A DNA stretch of 63,997 bases, the filler included, from Malassezia furfur (taxonomy: Eukaryota): the NCBI GenBank assembly GCA_052055015.1. It is 4 parts of 4 records of this genome, joined end to end, with 100 filler letters (N's around TTAATTAATTAA, not from the genome) between each part and the next. Parts side by side here need not be neighbours in the genome. Positions count along the whole stretch, not along the records: positions 32,352 to 48,300 come from JBQJIT010000256.1; positions 48,401 to 63,997 come from JBQJIT010000265.1; 2 more parts are not named here. One strand, written 5' to 3'. Shown one piece after another: positions 46,094 through 57,454 of the stretch (the first letter of the stretch is position 1; each line of letters begins with the position of its first letter). A program made the position numbers and the translations under genes. The notes beneath the pieces were generated by a model that was given only the letters and a program-made list of their open reading frames with translations, was not told the DNA's origin and did no database searches.

Positions 46094-47059
46094 CCGTGCT
46101 CTACGCGCCAGATGCCCCACCAGTTGCCCTTGTCCCAGCCGCTGGCGACTTGCGGAACTGCGAGCCGCACAGGCTTGGCATCCTCGCCTGCGCCCTGGGC
46201 GAGATCTCGCACCGCCCAGGCCACGAGGCTCTCGAGCTCGCCTTCGCGGAACAAATGGTAGTCTAGATGAGCGCATTCTTCTGTACCCACATCGCTGGTG
46301 CACCTGCTCCTCGCGCGTCTCGGGCGCGTGTTGCGATGTCATGACCCACGGCACCAAGACGTCCTGCGCGGCCTGGTCGTCGGGCAGCACCGTGTCAAAC
46401 TGGCGGCGTCCCCCGCCGCGCTGCTCGTAGGCCCAGACAAAGATGAGGAACCGGCCCGGTCCATCACCGAGCCCATCACTGCACGGCGCTTTGTGGGGTA
46501 CGGGACGCACCAGGCGGATCATTTCCTGCACGGCGCGCATGCGGCGCTCGGGCGTCGAGAAGTGATGAATGGTCGCGATACTGATCGCGTAATCCTGAAA
46601 TGAGCCGCGCACGTACAAATGCCGCCGAGCGCAGCTGCGAGTGCAGCGCATCGGCGACCGCAACCTCGTGCATAGACCTCGAGCCGGGCTGCGGAAAGTT
46701 GTGCTGCGCATCCTCGACGAGCGGCGCACACCGATCCGAACCCAGGGTGACGAGGGAAGCGTCGGGGCCCGGACCGAACGCCGAGCGCAAATGCAGGTAC
46801 TTGCCGTTTCCGCACCCCAAATCTGCGCCGAGGCTCCCTGGCGCGAGCGTCGCGAGGAACTGGGGAATGAGCGGCCAGGGCTGCGTCAGTGCCGCGCGTG
46901 CCTACCTTGTACCGCGTGCTGGAAAAATGCGGGGCGATTACGTCGTACACGCTTAGTGAGCAACATCACGTACGCATGCACGTTGGCCTGTTCGTACGCC
47001 GCGGCATCGCCGGTCTCGCACCGCTCTGCGCGATGCACAGGCTGCGACGCACGAGCCAT
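46090..47059 (-). CDS. TRM9: tRNA wobble-uridine (mcm5U34) methyltransferase Trm9
   Basis: [67 protein letters not shown]; introns 46952-46973, 46881-46905, 46595-46616, 46263-46290. Confidence 0.93.
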
Positions 47060-47155
47060 GGCGTGGTCGGCCGGCTCTGTGCTTATGCAACCGCGACCGG
47101 CGCGGATTGCGGCCTCCACCGCGGCCGGCGCCAACGTTTCTCCCGACTCGCGAAC

Positions 47156-48163
47156 ATGGCCCAGCACGAACCGAAAGCGGAATGGGACGGTCCGCCCATC
47201 TACGTCGGTGTGATCGGCGGCTCAGGTCTCTACAAGCTGGACGGCATTGAGATCATCGATGCGGTGAACCCCAAGACTCCCTGGGGCTACCCGTCATCGC
47301 CAATCAGCATCGCCCGCACCGAGGCCGGCACGCTGGTTGCGTTCCTTGCGCGCCATGGTCTGAACCACTCGATTTCCCCATCGAACGTGCCATCGACGGC
47401 CAACATCGCCGCGCTGAAGCACCTCGGTGTGCGTACGGTGCTGGCGTTCTCGGCTGTGGGCTCGCTCCGCGAAGAAATCGCGCCGAAGGACTTTGTGATC
47501 CCGTCGCAGATCATCGACCGCACCAAGGGCGTGCGCCGCGCGAGCTACTTTGGCGAGGGCGAGGAGCACGCCGTGATTGCACACGCCACGTTCGGTGACC
47601 CGTACGACACGGTGTTGAGCCCGATCGTCGAGGGCATGTACGTACCCCCGAGGCTGACCCCAGTGTGCGTGAGACCCTAGCGGAGCACTCGCCGCTGGTC
47701 AAGGTGCATGCCAACAAGACGGTCGTGTGCATGGAGGGCCCTGCGTTCTCGACGCGCGCCGAGTCGAACATGTACCGTCAGTTGGGCGGCGACATCATTA
47801 ACATGTCGGCGCTGCCCGAGGCTAAGCTCGCACGCGAGGCCGAGTTGAGCTACGTGCTGATTGCAACCTGTACGTGTACCGCGCATCTAACTTTTAGCGA
47901 CCGACTACGACGCATGGCGCGAGACGGCCGCGTCCGTGAGTGTGTCCGAGGTGATGGAGAGCCTCCGGCACAATGTGACTGCCTCGCAGGTGGTCACACG
48001 CGCGCTGATTGACCGTGTGAGCGAGCTGGTGAGCGAGGACGACTCGCGCATCCTGAAGCGCACGCGCGAGAGCATGAAGTTCAGCATCATGACGCCGGTG
48101 GCTGCAATGGACGCCAACGTGCTCGAGCGCCTGCGTTACATTCTCCCCTGGTTGGGCAAGTAG
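47156..48163 (+). CDS. MEU1: S-methyl-5'-thioadenosine phosphorylase (MTAP)
   Basis: [49 protein letters not shown]; two short introns. Confidence 0.94.
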
Positions 48164-48247
48164 GAAGGAATCCAAAGGGGTGCCACCTGGATGCAGCGAT
48201 CCTCGTTTGTTCTAGATGTGGGGATGAGGCGATCCAAAAAAAAATTT

Positions 48248-48300
48248 CGACGAGAATGAGATTCGAACTCACGCGGGCAGAACCCAATAGCTTACTGACT
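48248..48300 (-). tRNA. 3' half of a tRNA-Ser (probably GCT), cut by gap
   Basis: ...AAGCTATTGGGTTCTGCCCGCGTGAGTTCGAATCTCATTCTCGTCG: long variable arm, T-arm, G discriminator, then a T-run. Anticodon not visible. Confidence 0.8.
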
Positions 48301-48400
48301 NNNNNNNNNNNNNNNNNNNNNNNNNNNNNNNNNNNNNNNNNNNNTTAATTAATTAANNNNNNNNNNNNNNNNNNNNNNNNNNNNNNNNNNNNNNNNNNNN
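48301..48400. other. Artificial contig-join spacer
   Basis: N44-TTAATTAATTAA-N44. Confidence 0.98.
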
Positions 48401-49448
48401 GGCGTGCTCGGCGAGCGAGCAGCGCGTCGCCGAGGTGCAGGCGGCGGCCGACGCGAGCGAAGCGGCGCTCGCCGAGGCGCGCGTCGCGCAGCAAGCTTTC
48501 CACGAGGAGCTCGCGCAGCTCGAGCAGGCGCAGGCGGCCAAGCGGCAGGCGCTCGCGGACGCGGAGCTCGCGCAGCAGCAGCTGCAGCACGAGCTCGAGC
48601 GCACCGAGGAGGAGTGCGCGTCGCTGCGCCGTGCCATCGACGCGCTCGAGCAGGAACACACGTGGATCGCCACGGAGCACCCGCACTTTGGCGAGGCGGG
48701 CGGCGCGTACGAGTTTGCCAAGCACGACATGGCGTCGGTCGCGCAGACCTGCGCGCGGCTCGCGGAGCAGCAGAGCGGCCTGCGGCGCCGCGTGAATCCG
48801 CGCGTGATGAACATGATCGACAATGTCGAGAAGAAGGAGAGCGGCCTGCAGCACATGCTCACGACCGTGCTCGGCGACAAGAGCAAGATCGAAAACACCA
48901 TCCACGAGCTCGACCGGTACAAGCAGGACGCCCTGCAGGCGACCTTTGCGCAGGTCAACGCGGCGTTTGGCGACATCTTTGCCGAGCTGCTCCCGGGCAA
49001 CTACGCCAAGCTGCAGCCGCCCGAGGGCAAGGACATCACGCACGGCCTCGAGGTGCGCGTGCGCCTCGGCGCGACCTGGAAGCAGAGCCTGACCGAGCTC
49101 AGCGGCGGGCAGCGCTCGCTCATCGCCCTGAGCCTCATCATGTCGCTGCTGCAGTTCAAGCCGGCACCGATGTACATCCTCGACGAGATCGACGCCGCAC
49201 TCGATCTGTCGCACACGCAGCACATCGGCCACTTGTTCCGCACGCGGTTCAAGGGCTCGCAGTTCATTGTGGTCTCGCTCAAAGAAGGCCTATTTAACAA
49301 CGCGAGCGTCGTGTTCCGTGCGCGTTTCCGCGACGGAACGTCGCTCGTGGAGCGCATCGCGCAGAAAACACCCGACCAGGACCAGGAGAACGCGCCGCGC
49401 CCGCGCGCCGTCTCTCGCCAACGCCTGGGGCGTGCGGAGAAATCGTGA
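48401..49448 (+). CDS. SMC2: Condensin subunit Smc2, C-terminal coiled coil and head, 5' truncated at gap
   Basis: WKQSLTELSGGQRSLIALSLIMSLLQFKPAPMYILDEIDAALDLSHTQHIG, FIVVSLKEGLFNNA. Confidence 0.95.
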
Positions 49449-49636
49449 TCGCGGCCGCACCGGGCGCTGCCGAGCGTGCTGCAACCGCGCCAGACCAACG
49501 GCAGCCGTTGGTGCTTGCGCTGCACTTTTCCTGCAGGGCACGCGTGGCCCTTGTGTATTTTTGTAATTATTGTGGCAACCTTCTTTCCACAGCGTCTTCG
49601 CCGCAGTAAACCACGATCGGCGTGTGCACTACGACC

Positions 49637-50978
49637 ATGTTCTCCCCTGTCCTCTGTGAGGCATTGCCGCTGGCGGCCGCCGGGTCAACCGACCCAAAGC
49701 ACGGCGCAACCAAGATTGATGTAGAGGTAGGTGGCGCGCCGAGTGCTGACCCAGATCTATACGCCCAGTCACCCCACAGGCGCACTGCTCAAGCGCCTCC
49801 AGGAGCTCGAGGCGATCGCCGCACGCAAAGACGGCGTCGTCACCTACTCCAAAAGCAACTGGGTGCTCGGCGATAAGGATTGCCACAACATCACGATCCG
49901 CGACACGGGCAAGGTGGTCACGGCCAAGCCGCAGACCCAAAATCCAGCGCCTGCCGATGTGAGTCACACGGCCTCGACACTGCGCAATCTCGGCGAGTCG
50001 GTGTACAACTTCTTGCTGGGCGGTGTCGCGGGGTCCGTCGGCGCGACGCTCGTCTACCCGATCGACCTTGTCAAGACGCGCATGCAGAACCAGCGCTCCA
50101 ATGTGGTCGGTGAGGCCCTCCTGTACCGCAACAGCCTGGACTGCGCGAAAAAGGTCTTCCAGAAGGAAGGCTTCCTCGGCTTCTACTCGGGCCTGGTGCC
50201 CCAACTGCTCGGTGTGGCGCCAGAGAAGGCGATCAAGCTCACCATGAACGATCTGGTGCGCAACCTGAGCCAGGACGAGCACGGTCACGTGCCGGTTCCG
50301 GCGGAGCTGCTCGCCGGCGCCGTCGCCGGTGGCTCCCAGGTGGTGTTCACCAACCCCCTCGAGATCATCAAGATCCGCCTGCAGATGCAGGGCGAGGCCG
50401 TGAATGACCCCAACAGGGTGCGTCATGGTGCCGTGCAGATTATCCGGCAACTCGGCCTGCTTGGTCTGTACAAGGGTGCCACGGCGTGTCTGCTGCGCGA
50501 CATTCCTTTCAGTGCGATCTATTTCCCTCTCTACGCGCACCTCAAGTCAGACACGTTCGGCCAGACGTCGCCGGACAAGAAGCTGAGCTTTGGCCAGCTC
50601 ACGTTGGCCGCGTCGATTGCCGGTATCCCCGCCGCCTTCTTCACGACGCCCGCCGACGTGATCAAGACGCGTCTCCAAGTGGAGGCGCGCAAGGGCCAGG
50701 GCTACAAGGGCATCAGCGACTGCTTTGTCCAGATCCTGTCCAAGGAGGGTCCCGCAGCCTTCTTCAAGGGCTCGCTCGCGCGTGTGCTCCGCTCGTCGCC
50801 TCAGTTCGGTGCGACGCTGGTCACGTACGAGTACCTGAAGAAGCTCATTCCTTCGCCGTTTGGCCCGATCTCCAACACGGCGCGTCTGCCCGACGTGGTC
50901 AACGAACAAGAATACCACGATGTGCAAGATGCGCTGCAACTCATCATGCGTATCCACTCGCTCGCTCGCGAGGCATAA
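49637..50978 (+). CDS. AGC1: Mitochondrial carrier, aspartate/glutamate (Agc1/citrin) type with short N-terminus
   Basis: [63 protein letters not shown]; 28-nt intron 49727-49754. Confidence 0.85.
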
Positions 50979-51157
50979 CGTGGACTGTGTATATTAGCCC
51001 CACATTCATAGAGCAGCCACGCGCGCGTCCTCTAATCGACGGCTCGGCGTGTGCGGGCAAGGAACGTGGTGTCCGGTATACTTTTTTGGGTACGTCTACG
51101 GCACCGACCGCCCAGCGCGGCCAGTCTAGCCTATTGGGGATGCACGGGCGCGGGCGA

Positions 51158-51170
51158 TTAGAAGCCCATA

Positions 51171-51205
<35 letters not shown>

Positions 51206-52040
51206 CGGCGGGGCAGCCGGCTTCTCCTCAGGCGCCTCGACAATGCAGCACTCCGACGTGGTCAGGAGCGAGGCCACGCCCGAAGCGTCCTGCAGAGCCG
51301 TGCGCACGACCTTGAGCGGGTCGAGCACACCGGCCTGGATCAGGTCCTTGTACTCGCCGACGCTCGCGTCGTAACCAAAGCCAAACTCGCCGGGGTTCTC
51401 GAGCAGCTTGCCAACCACAACCGAGCCCTCCTCGCCGGCGTTCTCGACGATCTGGCGGGCGGGGCGCGTGAGCGCGTTCTTGATGATCGACACACCCAGC
51501 TGCTGGTCAAAGTTGTCCGTCTTGATCGAGTCAAGCGCCTTGCTCGCCTTGAGCAGCGCGACACCACCACCGGGCACAATACCCTCCTCGACAGCGGCGC
51601 GCGTAGCATTCAGCGCGTCGTCGTAGCGGTCCTTCTTCTCGCCGACCTCGACCTCGGACGAGCCACCCACGCGGATCACCGCGACACCGCCGCTGAGCTT
51701 CGCAAGACGCTCCTGGAGCTTGGTGCGGTCGTACTCGGACGTCGACGGGTCGTTCATCGCGGCGCGGATCTGCTCGCAGCGCGCCATGACGGCCTCCTTC
51801 TGGCCGTGGCCGTTCATGAAGATGGTGTCCTCCTTGGTGATCGTCACGCTGTCGGTCGTGCCAAGCATCTCGGGCGTGGCACGCTCGAGCTTCATGTCGA
51901 GCTCGTCGGTGAACACGGCACCACCCGTGAGGATGGCCAGGTCACCGAGGATGTTCTTGCGGTTGTCACCAAAGCCGGGGGCCTTGACAGCGCACACCTG
52001 CAGCTGGCCACGCAGCTTGTTGAGAATGCACGCGGCAAGC

Positions 52041-52071
<31 letters not shown>

Positions 52072-52900
52072 GCAGAGGACGACGGGCCTGCGCGGCGGTC
52101 TCGAGCGAGGGCAGGATGTCCTGCAGCGCCGAGATCTTCTTCTCGCTGAGGAGCACAAGCGGCTTCTCGAACTCGGCCTTCTGGGTCTTCACGTCGGTGA
52201 TGAAGTAGGGCGAGATGTAGCCGCGGTCAAAGCGCATGCCCTCGGTGATCTCGATCTCGTCCTCGAGGGTGCGGCCCTCCTTGACGGTGATCACACCCTC
52301 CTTGCCGACCTTCTCCATGGCCGTGGCAATGAGCGTGCCGATGTGCTTGTCACCGTTCGCCGAGATGGTCGCCACCTGGGCGATCTCCTCCGAGGTGGTG
52401 ACCTCGCGCTTGTTCTTCTCCAGGAAGGCGATCACCTCGTTCACCGCCGCCTGGCTGCCGCGGCGCAGGTCCATCGGGTTGCAGCCAGCAGCCACGTTCT
52501 TGACACCCTCCGAGTAGATGGCACGCGCCAGGACCGTAGCGGTCGTCGTACCGTCACCCGCCACCTCGTTGGTCTTGCTCGCCACGTCCTGGACGAGGCG
52601 CGCACCGAGGTTCTCAAACTTGTCCTTGAGCGAGATCGAGCGCGCGACGGTCACACCATCCTTGGTGATCTTGGGGCCACCGAACGGCTGCTCAATGATC
52701 ACGTTGCGGCCCTTGGGGCCGAGCGTAACGCTCACGGCGTTCGCAAGAAGGTTGACGCCGGCCAGCATCGCAACGCGACCGTCGTTCGAAAACTTGACTT
52801 CCTTGTGGTTAAACACAGCAGCCGACGACGAGAGCTGACGCGTGCCAAGAGCACGCGAAGCGCTCGTCGTCTTCGCAGTAGCGCGCAGAATAGACGACAT
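51158..52900 (-). CDS. HSP60: Mitochondrial chaperonin Hsp60
   Basis: [30 protein letters not shown]-terminal GGM repeats. Confidence 0.98.
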
Positions 52901-52959
52901 CAGAAGAAGAGCTGGGGATGAGTGGCTCGCACGTCGATTTTATGGCAGGCGCTCCACGC

Positions 52960-53073
52960 GAAATCTACCGAACTCGTTGGAAGAAATGCCACGGCGGCAC
53001 CTAGTAGGGCCCCGCGACTGGCCAGTGGCAACGTCCGCGCAGCGCACATGGAAGCGCGCCGAACTGCGCCGAA
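52960..53073. promoter_or_regulatory. Two step-type heat shock elements in the HSP60/HSP10 divergent promoter
   Basis: GAA at exact 10-nt spacing twice: 52960/52970/52980 and 53051/53061/53071. Confidence 0.65.
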
Positions 53074-53174
53074 GATCCCCTAGGCTCGGCCGAACGAAAG
53101 TGCGCTGCGAAGCCTGGAAGACAAAAGGCGTGCGCGCTTGCATCGCACAGGCCTTCCAACGTTGGCACTTCGTC

Positions 53175-53583
53175 ATGGTAAGTGGCACGCCGCGCGCCGG
53201 GAGGACAGGTTACTGACCGTACCAGGCTTCTTCCACCATCCGCTCGATCAAGTCCGTTGTCCCTCTGCTCGACCGTGTGCTCGTGCAGCGCTTCAAGCCG
53301 GAGACCAAGACGGCGTCCGGCCTGTTCCTGCCTTCGTCGAGCGCCTCGTCGCCCCTCCCTGAGGCGCACGTCATTGCGGCCGGCCCCGGCGCGCCCGACA
53401 AGGATGGCAAGATTGTGCCCATGAGCGTCAAGGCGGGCGACAAGATCCTTCTGCCTTCGTGGGGCGGCAACCAGATCAAGGTCGGCGACGAGGTACGTAT
53501 ACACCGCCCGCGCGCGCAATGCTAACCCGCAGGAATACCTGCTCATCCGCGACTCGGAGATCCTTGCCAAGATCATGGAGTAG
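53175..53583 (+). CDS. HSP10: Mitochondrial co-chaperonin Hsp10
   Basis: ATG-only first coding exon, introns 53178-53225 and 53493-53532; VVPLLDRVLVQR, KTASGLFLP, VKAGDKILLP, RDSEILAKI. Confidence 0.95.
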
Positions 53584-53694
53584 ACGTGTGCACCTGGGCT
53601 GCACGGATGTATGGAGATAGAAATACCTGATTATTTTACCGACCTACGTGGGTGAGCGGCGGCGGCGGCGGTGGCGGCGGCGGCATACGCTGCG

Positions 53695-54274
53695 TTACAC
53701 GCTGATCGGCTTGATTTTGAAGTTGAGCGAAATAAGGCTGAACACGAGGCACTGGTGTGAGCTGCGCGACGCCCAACCTACCTTGAGATCCTGGACCAGA
53801 TAGTACATGACGCGTAGCCCTTCGGGGTCGTCGCTCTCCTGCACCTCGACGAGCGATCCGATTTTGGACGTCTGTGTGAGATGGGTATGCGCACCTCGAA
53901 CGAGATATGTTCCTTTCCAAGGCGAACCTCGAGCTCTTGGCGGCCGACGACGTTCTTTTTGGGCCAGCGTGCGTCGTCTTCTCTGCCGGTTAGTTGCCGC
54001 GACGCACTTGATAATCTCGCTTTCTTCCACAATCCTCCGTAGCTCCTGTGCCATTAAAGGACTGATCCACACTGTGGTTAGGGGCGCGTCACCTACTTTC
54101 TTTCCGAATGAGGCTGTCGTTGCGGTAGTTGCTGTTGTTGGCGTAACGCAGCCGCCCGCGGCTGTATTCGAACTCGAGAAATTCATGGCCGTGCCGGCCC
54201 TGATGGCCCGTACTGTATGAGCATGCCTGCACACAAGCACCACCTTACTAGTACCGCACGTAAAAATCCGACAT
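53695..54274 (-). CDS. MAGO: Exon junction complex protein mago nashi
   Basis: Splicing five introns gives [24 protein letters not shown]...[18 protein letters not shown]...EDDARWP...GRQELEV...TSKIGSL...[32 protein letters not shown]. Confidence 0.93.
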
Positions 54275-54515
54275 GCCTCACGACGCGCTGCCACGGAAGC
54301 TGCAGGACGAACGCGTGCGCACAATGTGGAGATGACCGGCCAGCGATCCATTGGACCGATTAGTGTCGACATAGATGACTAATGTTGCATGATTTTAGAG
54401 TAGGCTGCTGCGCCTGGTGGCGCAAATTCAGCGTACGGAATTTGCTGGTCATCCGACATAAGGATTGTTCAGTGCTGCCTCGTCACCACCGACCGGTCTT
54501 GCTTCTTCCCCTGGT

Positions 54516-56150
54516 ATGTACCTGGAAGATCGGGGAAGGCACTTCAGTTCTGTTCCACACCTGTCTAAGCGTTCTTCATCCAACCTGACGCGGTCTCGTG
54601 GCGAAAGCAACGATCTGCTACGTGCTGGCACGTCCCACCGGCTCCGGTCCGGCGAGCCGTGGAGCACGCCCGGCAACGTACTGGGCCCCGTCCCCCCGAC
54701 CCCCGCTGATACGCGGCTCGGTCACAGCCACCTCTCTAGCGCGGTGCCCCACGACATGCCGCCTCCCTACACGGCAGTGGAGGGTACTTCGTCGCTGGAC
54801 GACGTTGCATCGGCATCGTCCGACGCACAGTCTACTGTGGTGCCTGGTGCACCCGCCGCGGCACCGTCCGTGGCACAACTAGGCGATCCTGCGCCGATCA
54901 CGTCGGCGCTGCACCGCCCATCTGCTACCCGTGCTCCACATCTGGCGCCGATCAAGACATCGCGCGAAGCCAGCGCCTCGCCGGCGCCGCCTGAACGGCA
55001 CGCGCTGGGCTCGCTGGTCCCCTCGTTCCTTTCTCGCATGCGCTATCTGTCGGCTGTGGAGGCGAAGCGCGCCGCCGAATACAAGACGGATGCCGTCGAG
55101 GCGCTCGAGCCGCTCCCTGTGGCCTTTATGGTGCTGCTGCACAGCTTGCGCCTGTTTGCCGCGGTGCCCGGCATCCTCGGCACGTACTTCTCGTTTAAAC
55201 ACGGCATGGAAGAGGTAAGCGCGCACCACTGGATCCGCACGCCCGCCGACGTGCGCCGCCCGGGCGCTTTGGAGCACTTTATTTGTTGCACGTGGGCTTT
55301 GTGCACGGCGTTCCATGCGCTGTCGCTCATGACACTGCTGCTGCGCCGCTGGCTGATCTACTACGCGGTGCTCCCGTCGGTGATCCGCCTCGTGGCGTTC
55401 CAGTCGATTTGTTGGTCGCTGGTGCGCTGCTCGCTGTATTTGTTCGGGTCGCAGCAACCGGTTGGTGGTTGGGTGTTTGTGTCGAGCTTTACGGCGCTGA
55501 TGGACGTGGTGGTGCGCTGGATCACCAGCAACATCACCGACGTCGACGAAACGGAGCATGACGCGCCCGTGTCCGACTACCCCGACACGGGCGCCTCGGA
55601 CGCCGAGGGCCTGTACAGTGCCGGCGAGAGCTCGTCGCACCCAGTGCTGGCTTCTGGCGTGAGCCACCGGCGCTACGCGCGGTACCGCGAGCAGAGTGTG
55701 CGGCTGTTCCGCGTGATTGTCGGAGGTCCGAGCGCCGACGAAGACGAGCTGAGCGAGTCGGACACCTCCGAGACGGATACCAAGTCGGAGCGCACACTGC
55801 GGCGGCGCTTCGTCGACTCGGGCCTGACCGCGACCGAGAGCGACGTGTCGAGCTCGACCCCATACCCCCGAATGGACCCCGCCGAGTGGCGCCGGCGGGT
55901 CGATGCACGGCGCTCGCGTGCGCATCGCTCGCGCACGGAGCGGTCACGGCGGCGGCGGCGGGCGAAGCAGAACCACCTGTCGAGCTTCTTCCAAAACTAC
56001 CGCGCGGCCCGCATCCACTCGCGGCGCGTCTTCCACTGGGAAGTGGCCATGTGGCGCAACTTGATGCCCATTGCTGTGCTTGGCTACATTGCCCTGTGGG
56101 CGCTGCTCATGACGCACTACTGGCACAATGCGTCAACCCCATCTCCCTGA
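54516..56150 (+). CDS. EOS1: Eos1-family ER membrane protein (N-glycosylation/oxidative stress)
   Basis: LLRRWLIYYAVLPSVIRLVAFQSICW, WITSNI, C-terminal RRVFHW plus TM helix. Start uncertain. Confidence 0.75.
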   Translation: MYLEDRGRHFSSVPHLSKRSSSNLTRSRGESNDLLRAGTSHRLRSGEPWSTPGNVLGPVPPTPADTRLGHSHLSSAVPHDMPPPYTAVEGTSSLDDVASASSDAQSTVVPGAPAAAPSVAQLGDPAPITSALHRPSATRAPHLAPIKTSREASASPAPPERHALGSLVPSFLSRMRYLSAVEAKRAAEYKTDAVEALEPLPVAFMVLLHSLRLFAAVPGILGTYFSFKHGMEEVSAHHWIRTPADVRRPGALEHFICCTWALCTAFHALSLMTLLLRRWLIYYAVLPSVIRLVAFQSICWSLVRCSLYLFGSQQPVGGWVFVSSFTALMDVVVRWITSNITDVDETEHDAPVSDYPDTGASDAEGLYSAGESSSHPVLASGVSHRRYARYREQSVRLFRVIVGGPSADEDELSESDTSETDTKSERTLRRRFVDSGLTATESDVSSSTPYPRMDPAEWRRRVDARRSRAHRSRTERSRRRRRAKQNHLSSFFQNYRAARIHSRRVFHWEVAMWRNLMPIAVLGYIALWALLMTHYWHNASTPSP

Positions 56151-56179
56151 TACCCTCTCGTAGTAAATGTATTTATGGA

Positions 56180-57346
56180 CTACTCCTTTTCGGTATGCGG
56201 TGCGTCATCGGCGGCAGGCGCCGAGTCGGATGTGTCAGTGGGCGTCTTGCACGCTGCATCGGCGGCCGCGGGCGTGTTCCATGGGCCTGCATCACTCGTC
56301 TCACACGGGCGCATCGCCGAGTCGGACGTGTCGCAGCACTCGCACTTGCCGCCCAAGTGCTTGGGCCAGGCTTCCATGTCGACATAGCTCGCGACCTTGG
56401 GCAGGTAGTCGGAGCCGGCAATGTCGATTTTTGAGGCGGTTTGCGCAGGGAGCCACCCCTTGATATAGGACCACACGGTTGTGAATAGGTAGGGCGCATT
56501 GATGATCTGTACGCGCCCAGACAGCTCGGGGAAGTTGTCGTCTAGGATACTGAGCAGCTGCTGCAGCTGGCCCTTCATCGACCAGAACGTGCCCAGCCCA
56601 AGGCCAGCAACGTTGAGCACCATGTAGTTGTCGTCCACGAGGTGCCCCTGCTTCTCAGTGCACGCATGGTACTTGTACCGCACCGCATGCTCCAGCGTCA
56701 CGGCAAAATTGAGCACAATGCGATCGGGGGTGGTATGCGTGAACACCTTGTCGGGTTCCAGGTTGGAGAGGTCTTGGATAAAGATGGGGCGGCCAAGCCG
56801 GTCCGTTTTGTGGAAGTACATGCGCCAGCCGTGCTTGGCGACCACATCCCGCTCCTCAAACTCAAACTCCTCATATAGCTTGTCGAGCTCAATCGACTCT
56901 TTCCATTTTTCGGCATTGGCATACATATCCCGCGCGGCATTCACGTCAAAGTTGCGTGCACGCAGGAAGCGCAGCAGCTGGGGATACTGGTGGGGCGGCG
57001 GGTTCTCCAAACTGATAAGGTTGGCGTCCGCCAGCGCCTTTTCGAGCTCGTGGAAGGCACGGTGCTGCTCCTCGCTGAGGTTTCCGGGGTGGCCCGAGGC
57101 AGGGACCTGCGTCAGTGCGTCACGTACAAATGCGTCAGGTTCTGGACTCGGCCTCGGTGACCGGTCCGCCGAATTCTTGTTCTTCCGGCCCTCCGCGGGG
57201 ACCGTCAGGGACTGGGCGGACCCCGAGCTGCTGGCACCTGACCCAAAGATATTCGACACACTTCTGCGCGGTTTGTTGCTCACCGCCGGTGCGTCTGGAT
57301 CGGGTACGGCAGAGTTCTGGCGCGAGCGGCTCTTGAAGGGCGGCAT
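56180..57346 (-). CDS. Sec14-type phosphatidylinositol transfer protein
   Basis: GHPGNLS, LLRFLRARNFDV, YFHKTDRLGRP, NFPELSGRVQIINAPYLF, PKHLGG. Confidence 0.9.
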   Translation of the reverse strand: MPPFKSRSRQNSAVPDPDAPAVSNKPRRSVSNIFGSGASSSGSAQSLTVPAEGRKNKNSADRSPRPSPEPDAFVRDALTQVPASGHPGNLSEEQHRAFHELEKALADANLISLENPPPHQYPQLLRFLRARNFDVNAARDMYANAEKWKESIELDKLYEEFEFEERDVVAKHGWRMYFHKTDRLGRPIFIQDLSNLEPDKVFTHTTPDRIVLNFAVTLEHAVRYKYHACTEKQGHLVDDNYMVLNVAGLGLGTFWSMKGQLQQLLSILDDNFPELSGRVQIINAPYLFTTVWSYIKGWLPAQTASKIDIAGSDYLPKVASYVDMEAWPKHLGGKCECCDTSDSAMRPCETSDAGPWNTPAAADAACKTPTDTSDSAPAADDAPHTEKE

Positions 57347-57454
57347 TGTGACAGTACAAAACCAACGGACGGCCCTGGCTCGCACGCCCCCCTCCGCCCG
57401 CTCTGTATTACATAAAGGTTGAGGTACCAACTCCGCGCTCCACTGGTCCGCGCT

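Noticed and set aside
51166..51206. Repeated GCCGCCCAT 9-mer
   Set aside because: Encodes the standard Hsp60 GGM tail.
54275..54515. Hairpins (GCAAATTC/GAATTTGC) in the mago/EOS1 divergent gap
   Set aside because: Short stems without recognisable snoRNA boxes; compatible with ordinary promoter or leader sequence.
13337..57346. Possible lipid-metabolism or mitochondrial-biogenesis gene cluster
   Set aside because: Genes are interspersed with unrelated housekeeping genes, span assembly gaps, and I saw no shared dedicated motif such as consistent Puf3 sites.
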